Part shown: one piece after another, positions 1 through 9,303 of the stretch
Layout of the letters: every line of letters starts with the position of its first letter
How positions within the stretch are numbered: position 1 is the stretch's first letter
Virus record (IMG/VR): IMGVR_UViG_3300008255_000137
Location: 3,502-67,501 of that record
Source: a virus
Taxonomy: Duplodnaviria; Caudoviricetes
Strand: one strand, 5' to 3'
DNA: 64,000 nt
Made by a program: the position numbers and the translations under genes
Notes under the pieces: generated by a model
The model's database searches: none
What the model was told of the DNA's origin: nothing
What the model saw: the letters and a program-made list of their open reading frames with translations, nothing else

Positions 1-531
1 CTTCTTTTCTTTTTCACAAATATCTTTTAAAAACTTAAACATCTCCCTTGTGGATAAAGAAGAAACATAAAAAGTCGAGCATCGGTTTTTTATAGTGGCA
101 ATCAGCTTTTCCGGTTCAGTGGTACAAAGAATAAATCTCACATGCTTAGGAGTGTCTTCCAGAAACTTCAGCAGGGCGTGCTGGGCATCCGACGTTAATT
201 TTGCAGCCTCATCAAGTAGAAAGATTCTGCTCTGTCCTCTCATAGGAGCCAAAGACATCTGATGTCCAATTTCCCTTATGGTATCAATCCCTCTCACATT
301 TGCCACATTCAACTCAACAAAATCCTGATCAGAGCAGTCAAATCTTTTCTTGAGTATTCTTGCCAAAGTGGTTTTTCCGCAACCACTCGGACCGCAAAAC
401 AAAAAAGAATGAGGGATTCCCTTTTCTCGATCAGTGACCGATTTCAAAGATTGAAGCATAGAAGAATTTCCTACTACTTCATCAAATCTTTTAGGACGAT
501 ACTTCAGATGAAGGGGAAGCTTATCACTCAT
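1..531 (-). CDS. dnaX: DNA polymerase III gamma/tau-like clamp-loader AAA+ subunit (3' end outside window; missing from ORF track)
   Basis: Hand translation: MSDKLPLHLKYRPKRFDEVVGN...GPSGCGKTT (Walker A)...RIFLLDEAAKLTSDAQHALLKFLEDTPKHVRFILCTT. This is the typical DnaX N-terminal motif series. Confidence 0.9.
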   Translation of the reverse strand, partial: MSDKLPLHLKYRPKRFDEVVGNSSMLQSLKSVTDREKGIPHSFLFCGPSGCGKTTLARILKKRFDCSDQDFVELNVANVRGIDTIREIGHQMSLAPMRGQSRIFLLDEAAKLTSDAQHALLKFLEDTPKHVRFILCTTEPEKLIATIKNRCSTFYVSSLSTREMFKFLKDICEKEKK

Positions 532-546
532 TGTTATTTTCCTTTC

Positions 547-3500
547 TCAAACCTTAATTTCCTTTTTCTCATACCAACTACCATTAATCGGGGTGACTTC
601 AAACTCCGCCTCCAAAGGAACAATAATCCAGTCAAATACTTTACGTATTTTCCTCTCCATAATATATTTGACCGAAGGAAGAATTTCTTTCTCCTCATCT
701 GGACATAGATCAAATACAATAGAGTCATGAATCTGACCCATGATTTTACTCTTCCAGTTCTTTCTTCGAAACAGACTATAGATTTCTATCAATGACCACA
801 ACAAACAATGAAAAGCGGTCCCTTGAATTGGATAATTAGTGACATCCTTTCTGGACATATATCCCTGAAAACGAAATCCTAAAAAGGTTTCTATAAAACC
901 CTTCTTCTGATATTCTTTGTTTATTTTGTCCTTCCATTTTTGATACTGCTTAAATCTGATATTCCAAAAAATATTCTCTGCTTTTTTACAATGAGTTTCA
1001 AATTGAAAATAATTTTCCAGTCCCACACTTTTCAGATGATCCTTTACTTTCTCTCCAGAATTGGTTTCCAAGTTCAGGCAGTTCTTCCATAGAGATTCAG
1101 CACAACTTTTATACCAGTCTCCATAGAACTGAGGAAACACCCAGTTATTTTTTGCATAGAATCGAATCGGCTTACTAATTTCCTTCTGTGGAAGTTTCCA
1201 AATATCCATGGCAGTGTCTCTATGCATATCCGATGAAGGATCAGTCACATACTTTATCAGATTCTCGTCCTGATTATAACAGGCTGCAATTCTCACTTCC
1301 AATGAACTATAATCCACTTCGCATATCCGATTTCCCGAACTGGGAATAATTCCCCTTCTGGTTATTTTTTTTGCCTGTTCATCCCTCACAGGAATATTCT
1401 GAAAGTTGAAACGAGAAGAGGAATTATGAACACATATCTCATTTGCTATAAAATTATGATACTTCTCTATCTCAATATCGTAGACATCTACCTCTTTATT
1501 TGTCCACTCTATTTTCGATATGCAATGATTTCCCACTTTAAAACTTCCGAATTGATTTGCCCATCTTCTTTGAAAGGGAATCTGAAAATATTTATATAAT
1601 TTTTCGAGTTTATAATAATTATGGCCAAGCTCCCTTTGTGCTTTTGATATCCCTAACTTAGACAACTTGATAAATCTATTTTTTGAGATATACTTTCCTT
1701 TTGAATCAAATCTTATCTTTATCAAGTCAACCTGAATATTATACAATTGTAAATACGTTCTAAAAGTAGAAAAACCAATTCCTCCTGCAGATATCTTTCC
1801 TCTACTTTTAAACAACAATCTCAGTATTTCAAGCTTTGATAATTTCAAACAACGAGGGTGATCAAAACCTCTCCTTATCAAATTTTTATACTTTCCCTCT
1901 CTCCATCCTTTTTTGACCGCTTCAATATTTTTTCTTCTTATCTCTTGATCATCCAAACGACAATGAATTCGAGCGTGATCCCCTGCGGTCATTTTTTGAA
2001 GATTACTTAATTCATGATTTAAATGATTTCCGTCTTTATGGTGAACTATCTCTCCTTCAGAAAGTCTTTCCATCAAACTCTCATAAACAAAATGATGCTC
2101 CATTACCCTCGAATTATTTTTTCCCGTATGTCCCGTAAAATATAAAGAGTCTCCCTGACGAACACCAGATAAAACGGAGATTTTTGGACTATATTTACTC
2201 TGTTTCTTTGTTCTAAAATCCCCCGTAAGATACTGGGCCTCTACATATTCTCCAGACACCAATCTTATTTTATGTTCCGGGGTGACATCAATATATTTTC
2301 CTTTTTTCTTCTTTCCATGAAAATAAATTCTTATTACTTCTCTCCTTCCCGTCTTTCCTGCCCATATAACCTTTTGAATACTTGGATTCAAATCATCATC
2401 AAAGCAATAAACATGATCTCCTTTCCTAACTTTCTCAATTGGAACCCCTTCTGGATATTTAACAAAATCTCTCAACACTAATATTTTTGTTCCTTTAGCT
2501 ACACAAGATCGATATGTCTTCACAGTATGAAGATCAAAAAAAGGATGAATCTTTCCATCAATTACTTCTCTCAAAAACTGAGCCAGATATGTTCCTTTTA
2601 TTTTATCAATCTTTCGCATCTCCAATAACTTCTTCACAAAAGGAATGTCCATTCCATATAAGGCTTCTTTGTCAACCGAATCCATTCCTTTTCCTGTTGA
2701 CTTTTTGGACTCCATTTTCATCACGGAAAATAATAACTCTCTCAAGTCTTTGTCAGAACGGATATTCAAATCTCTTTTTGTCTTCTTTTTAAACTTTTCA
2801 GACTCCTCCCCTTCACAAAGTTCCTTTTCCAACAACTTCAATTTTCTTCCAAGCTTTTTATTCTGAGCAAGATAATAAGGATGATCTATTGAAATGCCTC
2901 CACTCTGAATTTGAGATAAACAAAGAAGTCCTTTATGGAAAAAAGAATAGGCTTTTCCAAGTCCTTTTTTTCTTTCAAATAACTTTGTCTGATCTTCTTC
3001 ATAGAGTTTATAAGCAAGTAAAGCATCCTTGGAACAATACAATAAAAGATCCGATAGAGGAACCTGATCCAGTGAATTTCTTCCTTCAACTGTTGAAGCA
3101 GAAATGTATCTCTGGACAGAAGAGTCATAAGGATAAATTCCATACTTGATATAGGCTTGAAATTTGAGTCCCGAAAACTTATCCCGGTTATCCTCTATAT
3201 GGGCACCATTCATGGTGCACCACTTCCATCCCTTCACCTCATCAATGCCAAAAAATTTCCGACTCCATATATCTTCAAACTTGAGATTATGGGCCACTTT
3301 TTCAATTTTCTCATCCAGTAAAATTCTTTTCCACAAACGACCAATTTCCTGAGTTTGAGAAGTATTCCAGTGAGGATACTGATAGGGAAAAGCAAAGGAA
3401 GAACCAGACTCCGACACTCCAATAGTCCATATCTTTTGATCCTTTCCAAAGGGCTTCAAATTACTGGTCTCATAGTCAAAAGCAATCAAAGTTTTTCTTT

Positions 3501-4206
3501 CAATAATTCTATGAAGTCGGTCACAAACAGAATCAAAATCTTTGTCCACAGCAATCAATTTATCCAGATTCAAAATGGAAGGATGTTCTTTCTTTGTCTG
3601 GATATTTAAAAGGGCCTTCTTAATATCTCTTTCAAAAACAGAAGATAAATTTTCATCATGCTGATTTCTTAAAAGATAAGAAGGATGATACATCGGAAAG
3701 ATCCAGGCATTACTACCCAAATCGGGAATACAAAGACCCCTCCAACGATTTATAGAAAGATTGGTGAAATATCCTTGATAAAAAGATTCTATGGCTGCTC
3801 CTCCAAGAAGCCAAATGCACTTCGGTTTCGTTTCTTTTATAGTCTCTTCCACTTTGAATCTACAACATTTTAATTCTTTTCTGGTGGGTTTTCTGTTTTT
3901 TGGGGGCCTGCAATTCAAGGAGTTCACTTTCCAAAAGTCTCGATCTAAATCCAGATCATACTTTTTCAGTCTGTCCCTTAATAATTGGCCCGCTTCTCCA
4001 ATCAACTGAGTAGGCTCTTTATATCCAAGTTTCTTCCAATCTTCATCCTCCGATTTTCCAGGAGCCTCGCTTACAATAAGTATTCCCTTTCTTCCTTCTC
4101 CAGTATAACTCATTTTCGGAGATTTACATTTTTTATAAAGACCACATACCTCACAATTATTTTTTGTTTTAATTTCTTCTGCTTCTTTTTGAAAGAATCC
4201 TTCCAT
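547..4206 (-). CDS. polA: Family A DNA polymerase with N-terminal family-4 uracil-DNA-glycosylase-like domain, 3'-5' exonuclease and an intein
   Basis: UDG4 motifs EAPGxxED, NCRPPxNR, YHPSYLLR. Exonuclease motifs AFDYET, AHNLKFE, YCSKDA. Polymerase motifs EVDYSSLEVRIAA, VTNYPIQGTA, QIHDSIVF. Confidence 0.95.
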   Translation of the reverse strand: MEGFFQKEAEEIKTKNNCEVCGLYKKCKSPKMSYTGEGRKGILIVSEAPGKSEDEDWKKLGYKEPTQLIGEAGQLLRDRLKKYDLDLDRDFWKVNSLNCRPPKNRKPTRKELKCCRFKVEETIKETKPKCIWLLGGAAIESFYQGYFTNLSINRWRGLCIPDLGSNAWIFPMYHPSYLLRNQHDENLSSVFERDIKKALLNIQTKKEHPSILNLDKLIAVDKDFDSVCDRLHRIIERKTLIAFDYETSNLKPFGKDQKIWTIGVSESGSSFAFPYQYPHWNTSQTQEIGRLWKRILLDEKIEKVAHNLKFEDIWSRKFFGIDEVKGWKWCTMNGAHIEDNRDKFSGLKFQAYIKYGIYPYDSSVQRYISASTVEGRNSLDQVPLSDLLLYCSKDALLAYKLYEEDQTKLFERKKGLGKAYSFFHKGLLCLSQIQSGGISIDHPYYLAQNKKLGRKLKLLEKELCEGEESEKFKKKTKRDLNIRSDKDLRELLFSVMKMESKKSTGKGMDSVDKEALYGMDIPFVKKLLEMRKIDKIKGTYLAQFLREVIDGKIHPFFDLHTVKTYRSCVAKGTKILVLRDFVKYPEGVPIEKVRKGDHVYCFDDDLNPSIQKVIWAGKTGRREVIRIYFHGKKKKGKYIDVTPEHKIRLVSGEYVEAQYLTGDFRTKKQSKYSPKISVLSGVRQGDSLYFTGHTGKNNSRVMEHHFVYESLMERLSEGEIVHHKDGNHLNHELSNLQKMTAGDHARIHCRLDDQEIRRKNIEAVKKGWREGKYKNLIRRGFDHPRCLKLSKLEILRLLFKSRGKISAGGIGFSTFRTYLQLYNIQVDLIKIRFDSKGKYISKNRFIKLSKLGISKAQRELGHNYYKLEKLYKYFQIPFQRRWANQFGSFKVGNHCISKIEWTNKEVDVYDIEIEKYHNFIANEICVHNSSSRFNFQNIPVRDEQAKKITRRGIIPSSGNRICEVDYSSLEVRIAACYNQDENLIKYVTDPSSDMHRDTAMDIWKLPQKEISKPIRFYAKNNWVFPQFYGDWYKSCAESLWKNCLNLETNSGEKVKDHLKSVGLENYFQFETHCKKAENIFWNIRFKQYQKWKDKINKEYQKKGFIETFLGFRFQGYMSRKDVTNYPIQGTAFHCLLWSLIEIYSLFRRKNWKSKIMGQIHDSIVFDLCPDEEKEILPSVKYIMERKIRKVFDWIIVPLEAEFEVTPINGSWYEKKEIKV
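1423..2505 (-). mobile_element. Intein (361 aa, PolA residues 568-928) with embedded HNH endonuclease
   Basis: Starts CVAKGT, ends ICVHN, followed by Ser+1. Removing it restores KTYRS|SSSRFNFQNIP (the PolA TGRLSSxxPNxQNIP region). Internal HHKDGNHLNHELSNL...HARIH is an HNH motif. Confidence 0.93.
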
Positions 4207-4236
4207 CAGAAATCATCTCCGCAAAGGTTCACTCTG

Positions 4237-5232
4237 TTATTTCTTTTTTCTTATTTCATAAAACTTCTCCCCCTTAGTACTATCTCTCCCAAATCCGCCC
4301 GATGGAGAATACTTTCCAAAAAAAACCCTTTTCAGGCGATATTTATCTTGAAAATTTTCTTTCAAGACATCCGATAATGGATAGACCCTATCTCCTAAAT
4401 TTATAACGAAAACCCCTTCTTGTTTTAAAGAAATCATTGTCTTTTCCACCAAAGGAATAAAAAATCCATTGATCCACTTTTCAAAAGACGGGTATCTATT
4501 TAAAGAATTGGTCTCCTCATCAGAATATACTTCTGTATCATAATAAGGCGGGGAAGTTAAAGCAAAATCATAAAAATTACTTTTTAAACGGGAATCTTCA
4601 AAGGGAAGCTTCCATATCTTTGCCGAAAATTCAGGATTCATTCCCTTTATAAAATCATACAATTTCAATAGTCCCTTGTATGTTTGAGTAGAAGGTTCAA
4701 ACGCTTCATATGTACTTCCCACAACGGAAGCCCCTATCATTCTTCCCCCCCACCCTCCACAAGGATCAAGAATTTTTCTCGTAGAATCCAACCCATAAAA
4801 CTTATAAATATCCCTTGCTAAATAAGGCGGGAATTCCTGAATGAAACCAACTCCCTGTACTCCAGCTTCTATATAAGTTAATAGCCCTCTTCTATTTTCG
4901 ATTCCTTTAAACAGGGCAACTCTTGCCATCCCGGAAACTACTCTCTTATCTTTTAAACCCTCAAATATAGAAATTCCCTTTGTACTATTTATACTTGAAG
5001 TGGATAATCGATGCGGATTAAAAAGAAGACTTGTTCTTATTCCTACATCCTGTCCATTCATCAACTTCCCATATTCTATACATTCATAAAACCTATTTGT
5101 AATAAAAGAAACAAACTCCTCCAAAGTAGCATCTTTCAAAACAGACCATAGTAATTCTGTAAGCTGGTCCCTGCTTATTGACTGATGAGAAACATCAAAG
5201 AACAATCCTTTTATTTTCCTTTTTGTAATCAT
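4237..5232 (-). CDS. DNA amino-methyltransferase (N6-A or N4-C)
   Basis: SAM-binding motif LDPCGGWGG followed by catalytic motif LTSPPYY. Confidence 0.85.
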   Translation of the reverse strand: MITKRKIKGLFFDVSHQSISRDQLTELLWSVLKDATLEEFVSFITNRFYECIEYGKLMNGQDVGIRTSLLFNPHRLSTSSINSTKGISIFEGLKDKRVVSGMARVALFKGIENRRGLLTYIEAGVQGVGFIQEFPPYLARDIYKFYGLDSTRKILDPCGGWGGRMIGASVVGSTYEAFEPSTQTYKGLLKLYDFIKGMNPEFSAKIWKLPFEDSRLKSNFYDFALTSPPYYDTEVYSDEETNSLNRYPSFEKWINGFFIPLVEKTMISLKQEGVFVINLGDRVYPLSDVLKENFQDKYRLKRVFFGKYSPSGGFGRDSTKGEKFYEIRKKK

Positions 5233-6302
5233 TTATCCTCGTCCACTTCTTTGTTAAAGAATAGCAAAACATGTTGAAAATTATCTGATACAAATAATCC
5301 CCGCCCTTCTCCACAAATCATAATGGTAGAATGATTCAAAATCTGAGAAAAAAACTTTGGATTTATATTAAAAAAGAAAGACTCCCCCTTGTATTTAAAG
5401 TCGATCTTTTTCTCTATCCATCCGGTTTCTTTCTTTCCTTTACATTTTATTCCCTCACTAGAAATAAGGACTTTTATAAATTGATCCGACTCAAAATCTC
5501 CTTCTGTGAAGAAAGAAACATCTTCAACGGCTTTCTTCAATTCCTTGGGCAATCGCAATTTTCTTCCCTCAACTTCCATAAACTTACTCACATCCGAAAA
5601 TTCATCCAGGGACCTTCTGCAACAGAAAACCAGTTTGTCCTTTTTAAAGTAAATCCAGGACTTGTCCAGACAATAATCAGTGAAACCAAACTTCAGTATT
5701 CCGGGAATAAATCTTCCGGGAATCAGAAAACTTTCACTGAATTTCTTTTCCACCTGATATCTACTGATACGGAAATTGTCTGTTCCTGATACAAAATTTC
5801 CATCGCATAAAACACACGACATCCATCCATGTAGAGCATGAGGAGATATGGAAAAGGAACAGAGATCAATGGCTTCATCAAAGTTTTTCGGAAGAGAATC
5901 CCATTTAATTTTCTCCATCTGAAAAGAAGGAGATTCATTGATGAAAAGACAAGAAACCGATTCCAATATGGATTCTGTATTGAATGTGGCCAGGGAAGCT
6001 CGGGTCTTATCAGTTCGAACCTTCAATTTATCTTTAGAAAAAACCAGATCAAACTCTTTGTCATCAATGTTAGAAACCACATTAAGAAGTTCCTTGGCAG
6101 GAACTGAACATTGAAAATCAGTTTCAAATGGAGAAAAAACAGCAATCTGATCATTGTAAGTAATCACATGGGTCCCGGAAAAAGTGAACAGATTCGATCC
6201 CTCTACCAGTCCCTTGTCCGAAAGACCCAAAGCACAATCCGACAAAATCTTCAGTAATTTTTCCTTTTCTACTTTCATAAATTTATTCCTTTCTGTATCC
6301 AA
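5229..6302 (-). CDS. dnaN: Beta sliding clamp-like protein
   Basis: 357 aa with a beta-clamp-like pattern (ITYNDQI, SVPAKELLNVV, SGTDNFRI, FNINPKFF); lies near PolA and the DnaX-like gene. Confidence 0.75.
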   Translation of the reverse strand: MDTERNKFMKVEKEKLLKILSDCALGLSDKGLVEGSNLFTFSGTHVITYNDQIAVFSPFETDFQCSVPAKELLNVVSNIDDKEFDLVFSKDKLKVRTDKTRASLATFNTESILESVSCLFINESPSFQMEKIKWDSLPKNFDEAIDLCSFSISPHALHGWMSCVLCDGNFVSGTDNFRISRYQVEKKFSESFLIPGRFIPGILKFGFTDYCLDKSWIYFKKDKLVFCCRRSLDEFSDVSKFMEVEGRKLRLPKELKKAVEDVSFFTEGDFESDQFIKVLISSEGIKCKGKKETGWIEKKIDFKYKGESFFFNINPKFFSQILNHSTIMICGEGRGLFVSDNFQHVLLFFNKEVDEDK

Positions 6303-7065
6303 AAATAGAATCTATCCTAACAGGATTCAGCTTTTTTTTATAAAAAGCCAACCCTTCATTTCCTAAATCTCCCCCATCATTGACCAACTTATTCTTATCA
6401 AAAACAAATTCTACATTCTCATAAAACAAAAGCCGCAAATACTCATTTAAAAAAGAAGTTCCATCATCTAAACAAAAACGAAAATAAATGTATTTCCAGT
6501 TTTCTTCTGCTACATTTATTCCTATCAACTTTCCATTCGTAAACAAACCCCAACGAAAATCAGAGAAAAATAAATAGTCAATCATCACCTCCGAGTCATA
6601 AATCTCTTTCTCCTTTTCTGACCAACCAAGAATCAAATTTTCTATTTCTTCTTCCCTTTCTCCTTCTTTCAATAAACGATAATCAAAATTTCCTTCAAAT
6701 CTTCTTCTGTACTTTTTGGAATTTTTTCTAAAAACTTGCCATTTGTTTCCAGACAAATCTTTAAAATTTTTCGAATCATAAATATACTGATAATCTAAAA
6801 ATATAGAATTTCCCAGACAATTTTTCTGATTGGGAAATCCGCAAAATACATTTTGATTCAAATCAAAAGAGTCTTTTCTTATATCAAAAGGACAAAAAAA
6901 CCACTCATTCAAATTAACATCTTCTTTGTATCCTAACAAAGTATCTTCCTGAACAAAAACCAATCTCTTATACTTCACATATGGATCAGTCATCCAAAAA
7001 TTTGGATTGTCCCTTTTTTTTATCTGATTCCAATAAATCTCTTCTTCCTTTTCTTTTGGCTCCAT
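6283..7065 (-). CDS. GNAT-fold protein, DUF2156 / aminoacyl-transferase-like
   Basis: C-terminal LFTNGKLIGIN...LVNDGGDLGNEGLAFYKKKLNP resembles the DUF2156 motif INREEDLGxxGLRxAK. Confidence 0.6.
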   Translation of the reverse strand: MEPKEKEEEIYWNQIKKRDNPNFWMTDPYVKYKRLVFVQEDTLLGYKEDVNLNEWFFCPFDIRKDSFDLNQNVFCGFPNQKNCLGNSIFLDYQYIYDSKNFKDLSGNKWQVFRKNSKKYRRRFEGNFDYRLLKEGEREEEIENLILGWSEKEKEIYDSEVMIDYLFFSDFRWGLFTNGKLIGINVAEENWKYIYFRFCLDDGTSFLNEYLRLLFYENVEFVFDKNKLVNDGGDLGNEGLAFYKKKLNPVRIDSIFGYRKE

Positions 7066-7136
7066 CAGACTTCCCTTTTATTCTGTCAATCAATTGTTTG
7101 CTGATTCCTCCCGATTTTCGACTCTTACCTCCCATT

Positions 7137-7838
7137 TTATTCTCCCCCCAACTCATCATATTTACATTTTGAGATTATTACAATCATTTTCATCTTTCCA
7201 CTTCGACTTTCCACCCAAACATAACCTGATTTTGTAAAATAAAAGTCAAAGCTTTCTACAAAAACAAACAAAGACAAAAAGTCTGCAGTTCTCAATCCTA
7301 TAGGAGAAAAATCACTAAGATTTCCTTCAGAGAAAAGCCCTAAATTATCTGAAGATCTTTTAGTTATTTTTATGACATTTCCAGAATATACATCCCTTTG
7401 AATTATTCTTAGTTTTTTATTCTTACAACTAAATTCAATATGACTCAAATCATTCTCCAAAAAAGAAAGAAAAAGATTTTCTATCACAGAATGATTTTCC
7501 TTCTTTAACTCAAAAGAGCCAAACAACTTCTGAACTTGATGAAAATCCAGATTTGGAACTTTACAATATTTTTTTCTCTCATAGTCCTTTTGTCTTTTTA
7601 CAAAACAAACGGAGTCCTTTTCTATCTCTATATGATTGCTATCATAATCATTAGAATAGAAGCTTATCGGTTGATCAAAATTATGTTGAGACAAACTAAA
7701 TTTAAAAAACAAGGTTTTGTCCTGATTCAGAATAAATATTTCCTTTCCATAGGCATAAATAGTACTCTTCAAATTTCCTTTTTGAAAAAGAGCCACAGAG
7801 TGAGAAAAAATATTTTCCACTTGATAACTTATTTTCAT
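7137..7838 (-). CDS. Hypothetical protein, possibly a PCNA/gp45-like two-domain clamp fold
   Basis: 233 aa with a beta-rich pattern loosely matching PCNA; recognised by eye only. Confidence 0.3.
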   Translation of the reverse strand: MKISYQVENIFSHSVALFQKGNLKSTIYAYGKEIFILNQDKTLFFKFSLSQHNFDQPISFYSNDYDSNHIEIEKDSVCFVKRQKDYERKKYCKVPNLDFHQVQKLFGSFELKKENHSVIENLFLSFLENDLSHIEFSCKNKKLRIIQRDVYSGNVIKITKRSSDNLGLFSEGNLSDFSPIGLRTADFLSLFVFVESFDFYFTKSGYVWVESRSGKMKMIVIISKCKYDELGGE

Positions 7839-7892
7839 TTTAATTTCCCTCCTCCTTTCTTAAATAAAAAGAGATTCTACCATCTTTTCTCG

Positions 7893-9260
7893 TTAATCTT
7901 CTTTTGAAGAATAATTCCAGACAATCCCATTCTTATCCCATCCAACTGATTCAATTCCAGAAGCCCATCCACAAGAGTAAGCTTCATTTCCTTCAAAATT
8001 CCATAACTCTTGAACCTCCCTCTCCAAAGATTCAGTAAGAAATCCTCCTTTACTATTCACCCATTCCCAAAAATCTTTCCATCCAACAGGTTTTTTTGCT
8101 TCCTTTATAAAACGAGCACAGTAAACAGTACATCCAAAATTGTACTGAGATTTTCCAAACCAATCTTCCACCTCGCAACAGATAGCTTGGTCATTTGAAG
8201 GAACATTCCCCATATCAAAAGTAGAACAGCTGAATCCTCTTTTTCGAAACATCTCCATAAATTTTCCTAATAACAAAGATCCTAATGGTTGAGAATCACA
8301 TCCAGCCAAAAAAATTCTCTCCCAATCAAATCCTTCATTGTAAAATGCCTGTCTTATTCCCGGACTATTAGCAGAGTAACTATATGTGTCAAAAGTAATA
8401 TTTTTCAATCCAATTGATTCCAAATCCTCCATGTATTTTTCAGTCTTATCTTTATCATCATTTATAAAAACCATAAAGGGCTCTATTCTTGCAACCACTC
8501 TTATTCCCTCTTGAATCAAATTTCTCATTGACTTCAATCGTCTTTCATAGGAAGGAGCTGCCGGTTCTATTTTTTTCAACAGATCATTATCAGAAGAAAT
8601 TAATGTAATATGTACTGCGGTCTTTCCCTTGTTGTCTTTAAGAACTTTTAAATAGTCATCATAACCAAGAATATCACTTTTAGTGTTTATCATCAAAGGA
8701 TATTCATTTTCCGACAAGTATTTTAAAAGATCCAAACTTATTCCTTTTTTCTTTTCTTTTAAAAGAAAATCTTCAAAACGAATTCCAAATCTCAAAGGCA
8801 TTTCCATACAAATTGCTTTTGAGATTCCAGAAAATGAATGAGGATCTTTTCCTCTAAAATTCATATATTTGTCCATCTGTTTTTTATACTTATCAGGATC
8901 ACAATGTCTCAATCCCCTTGTTTTTGAATTATCAAAAAAGGAAGTGTACAAAGAGGCCCTAAAGGAATTTGCAAAACAGTACAGACAATTGTAGGGACAA
9001 ACCAAACCGTCCCATACATCTATATTCAGTGGCATTGGACAAGCAGAAGCTCTACAAGATATTTCAATAAAGGAATTTATTTCTTCTAAATTCAAAAGTC
9101 TTTCCTGCTTCACATACTTCTTTTCAATTAAATTAAATTCCTCATATCCCGATTTTCTTCCTTTTTCTTTTACATATTTAACTTTGTCCCTCTGATTCAA
9201 AAGAGGAACCGTCCTTGGTATTATCTTTGCCACGTAACTTCTTAATTCATAATAATCCAT
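7893..9260 (-). CDS. Radical SAM protein, spore photoproduct lyase (SPL)/COG1533-like
   Basis: CPYNCLYC (CX3CX2C); INTKSD, IEPAAPSYERRL and ARIEPF are SPL-like segments. Confidence 0.85.
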   Translation of the reverse strand: MDYYELRSYVAKIIPRTVPLLNQRDKVKYVKEKGRKSGYEEFNLIEKKYVKQERLLNLEEINSFIEISCRASACPMPLNIDVWDGLVCPYNCLYCFANSFRASLYTSFFDNSKTRGLRHCDPDKYKKQMDKYMNFRGKDPHSFSGISKAICMEMPLRFGIRFEDFLLKEKKKGISLDLLKYLSENEYPLMINTKSDILGYDDYLKVLKDNKGKTAVHITLISSDNDLLKKIEPAAPSYERRLKSMRNLIQEGIRVVARIEPFMVFINDDKDKTEKYMEDLESIGLKNITFDTYSYSANSPGIRQAFYNEGFDWERIFLAGCDSQPLGSLLLGKFMEMFRKRGFSCSTFDMGNVPSNDQAICCEVEDWFGKSQYNFGCTVYCARFIKEAKKPVGWKDFWEWVNSKGGFLTESLEREVQELWNFEGNEAYSCGWASGIESVGWDKNGIVWNYSSKED

Positions 9261-9303
9261 ACAAAATCCTATTTATTTAATTTAATAAATTTTTGAATTA
9301 TAT

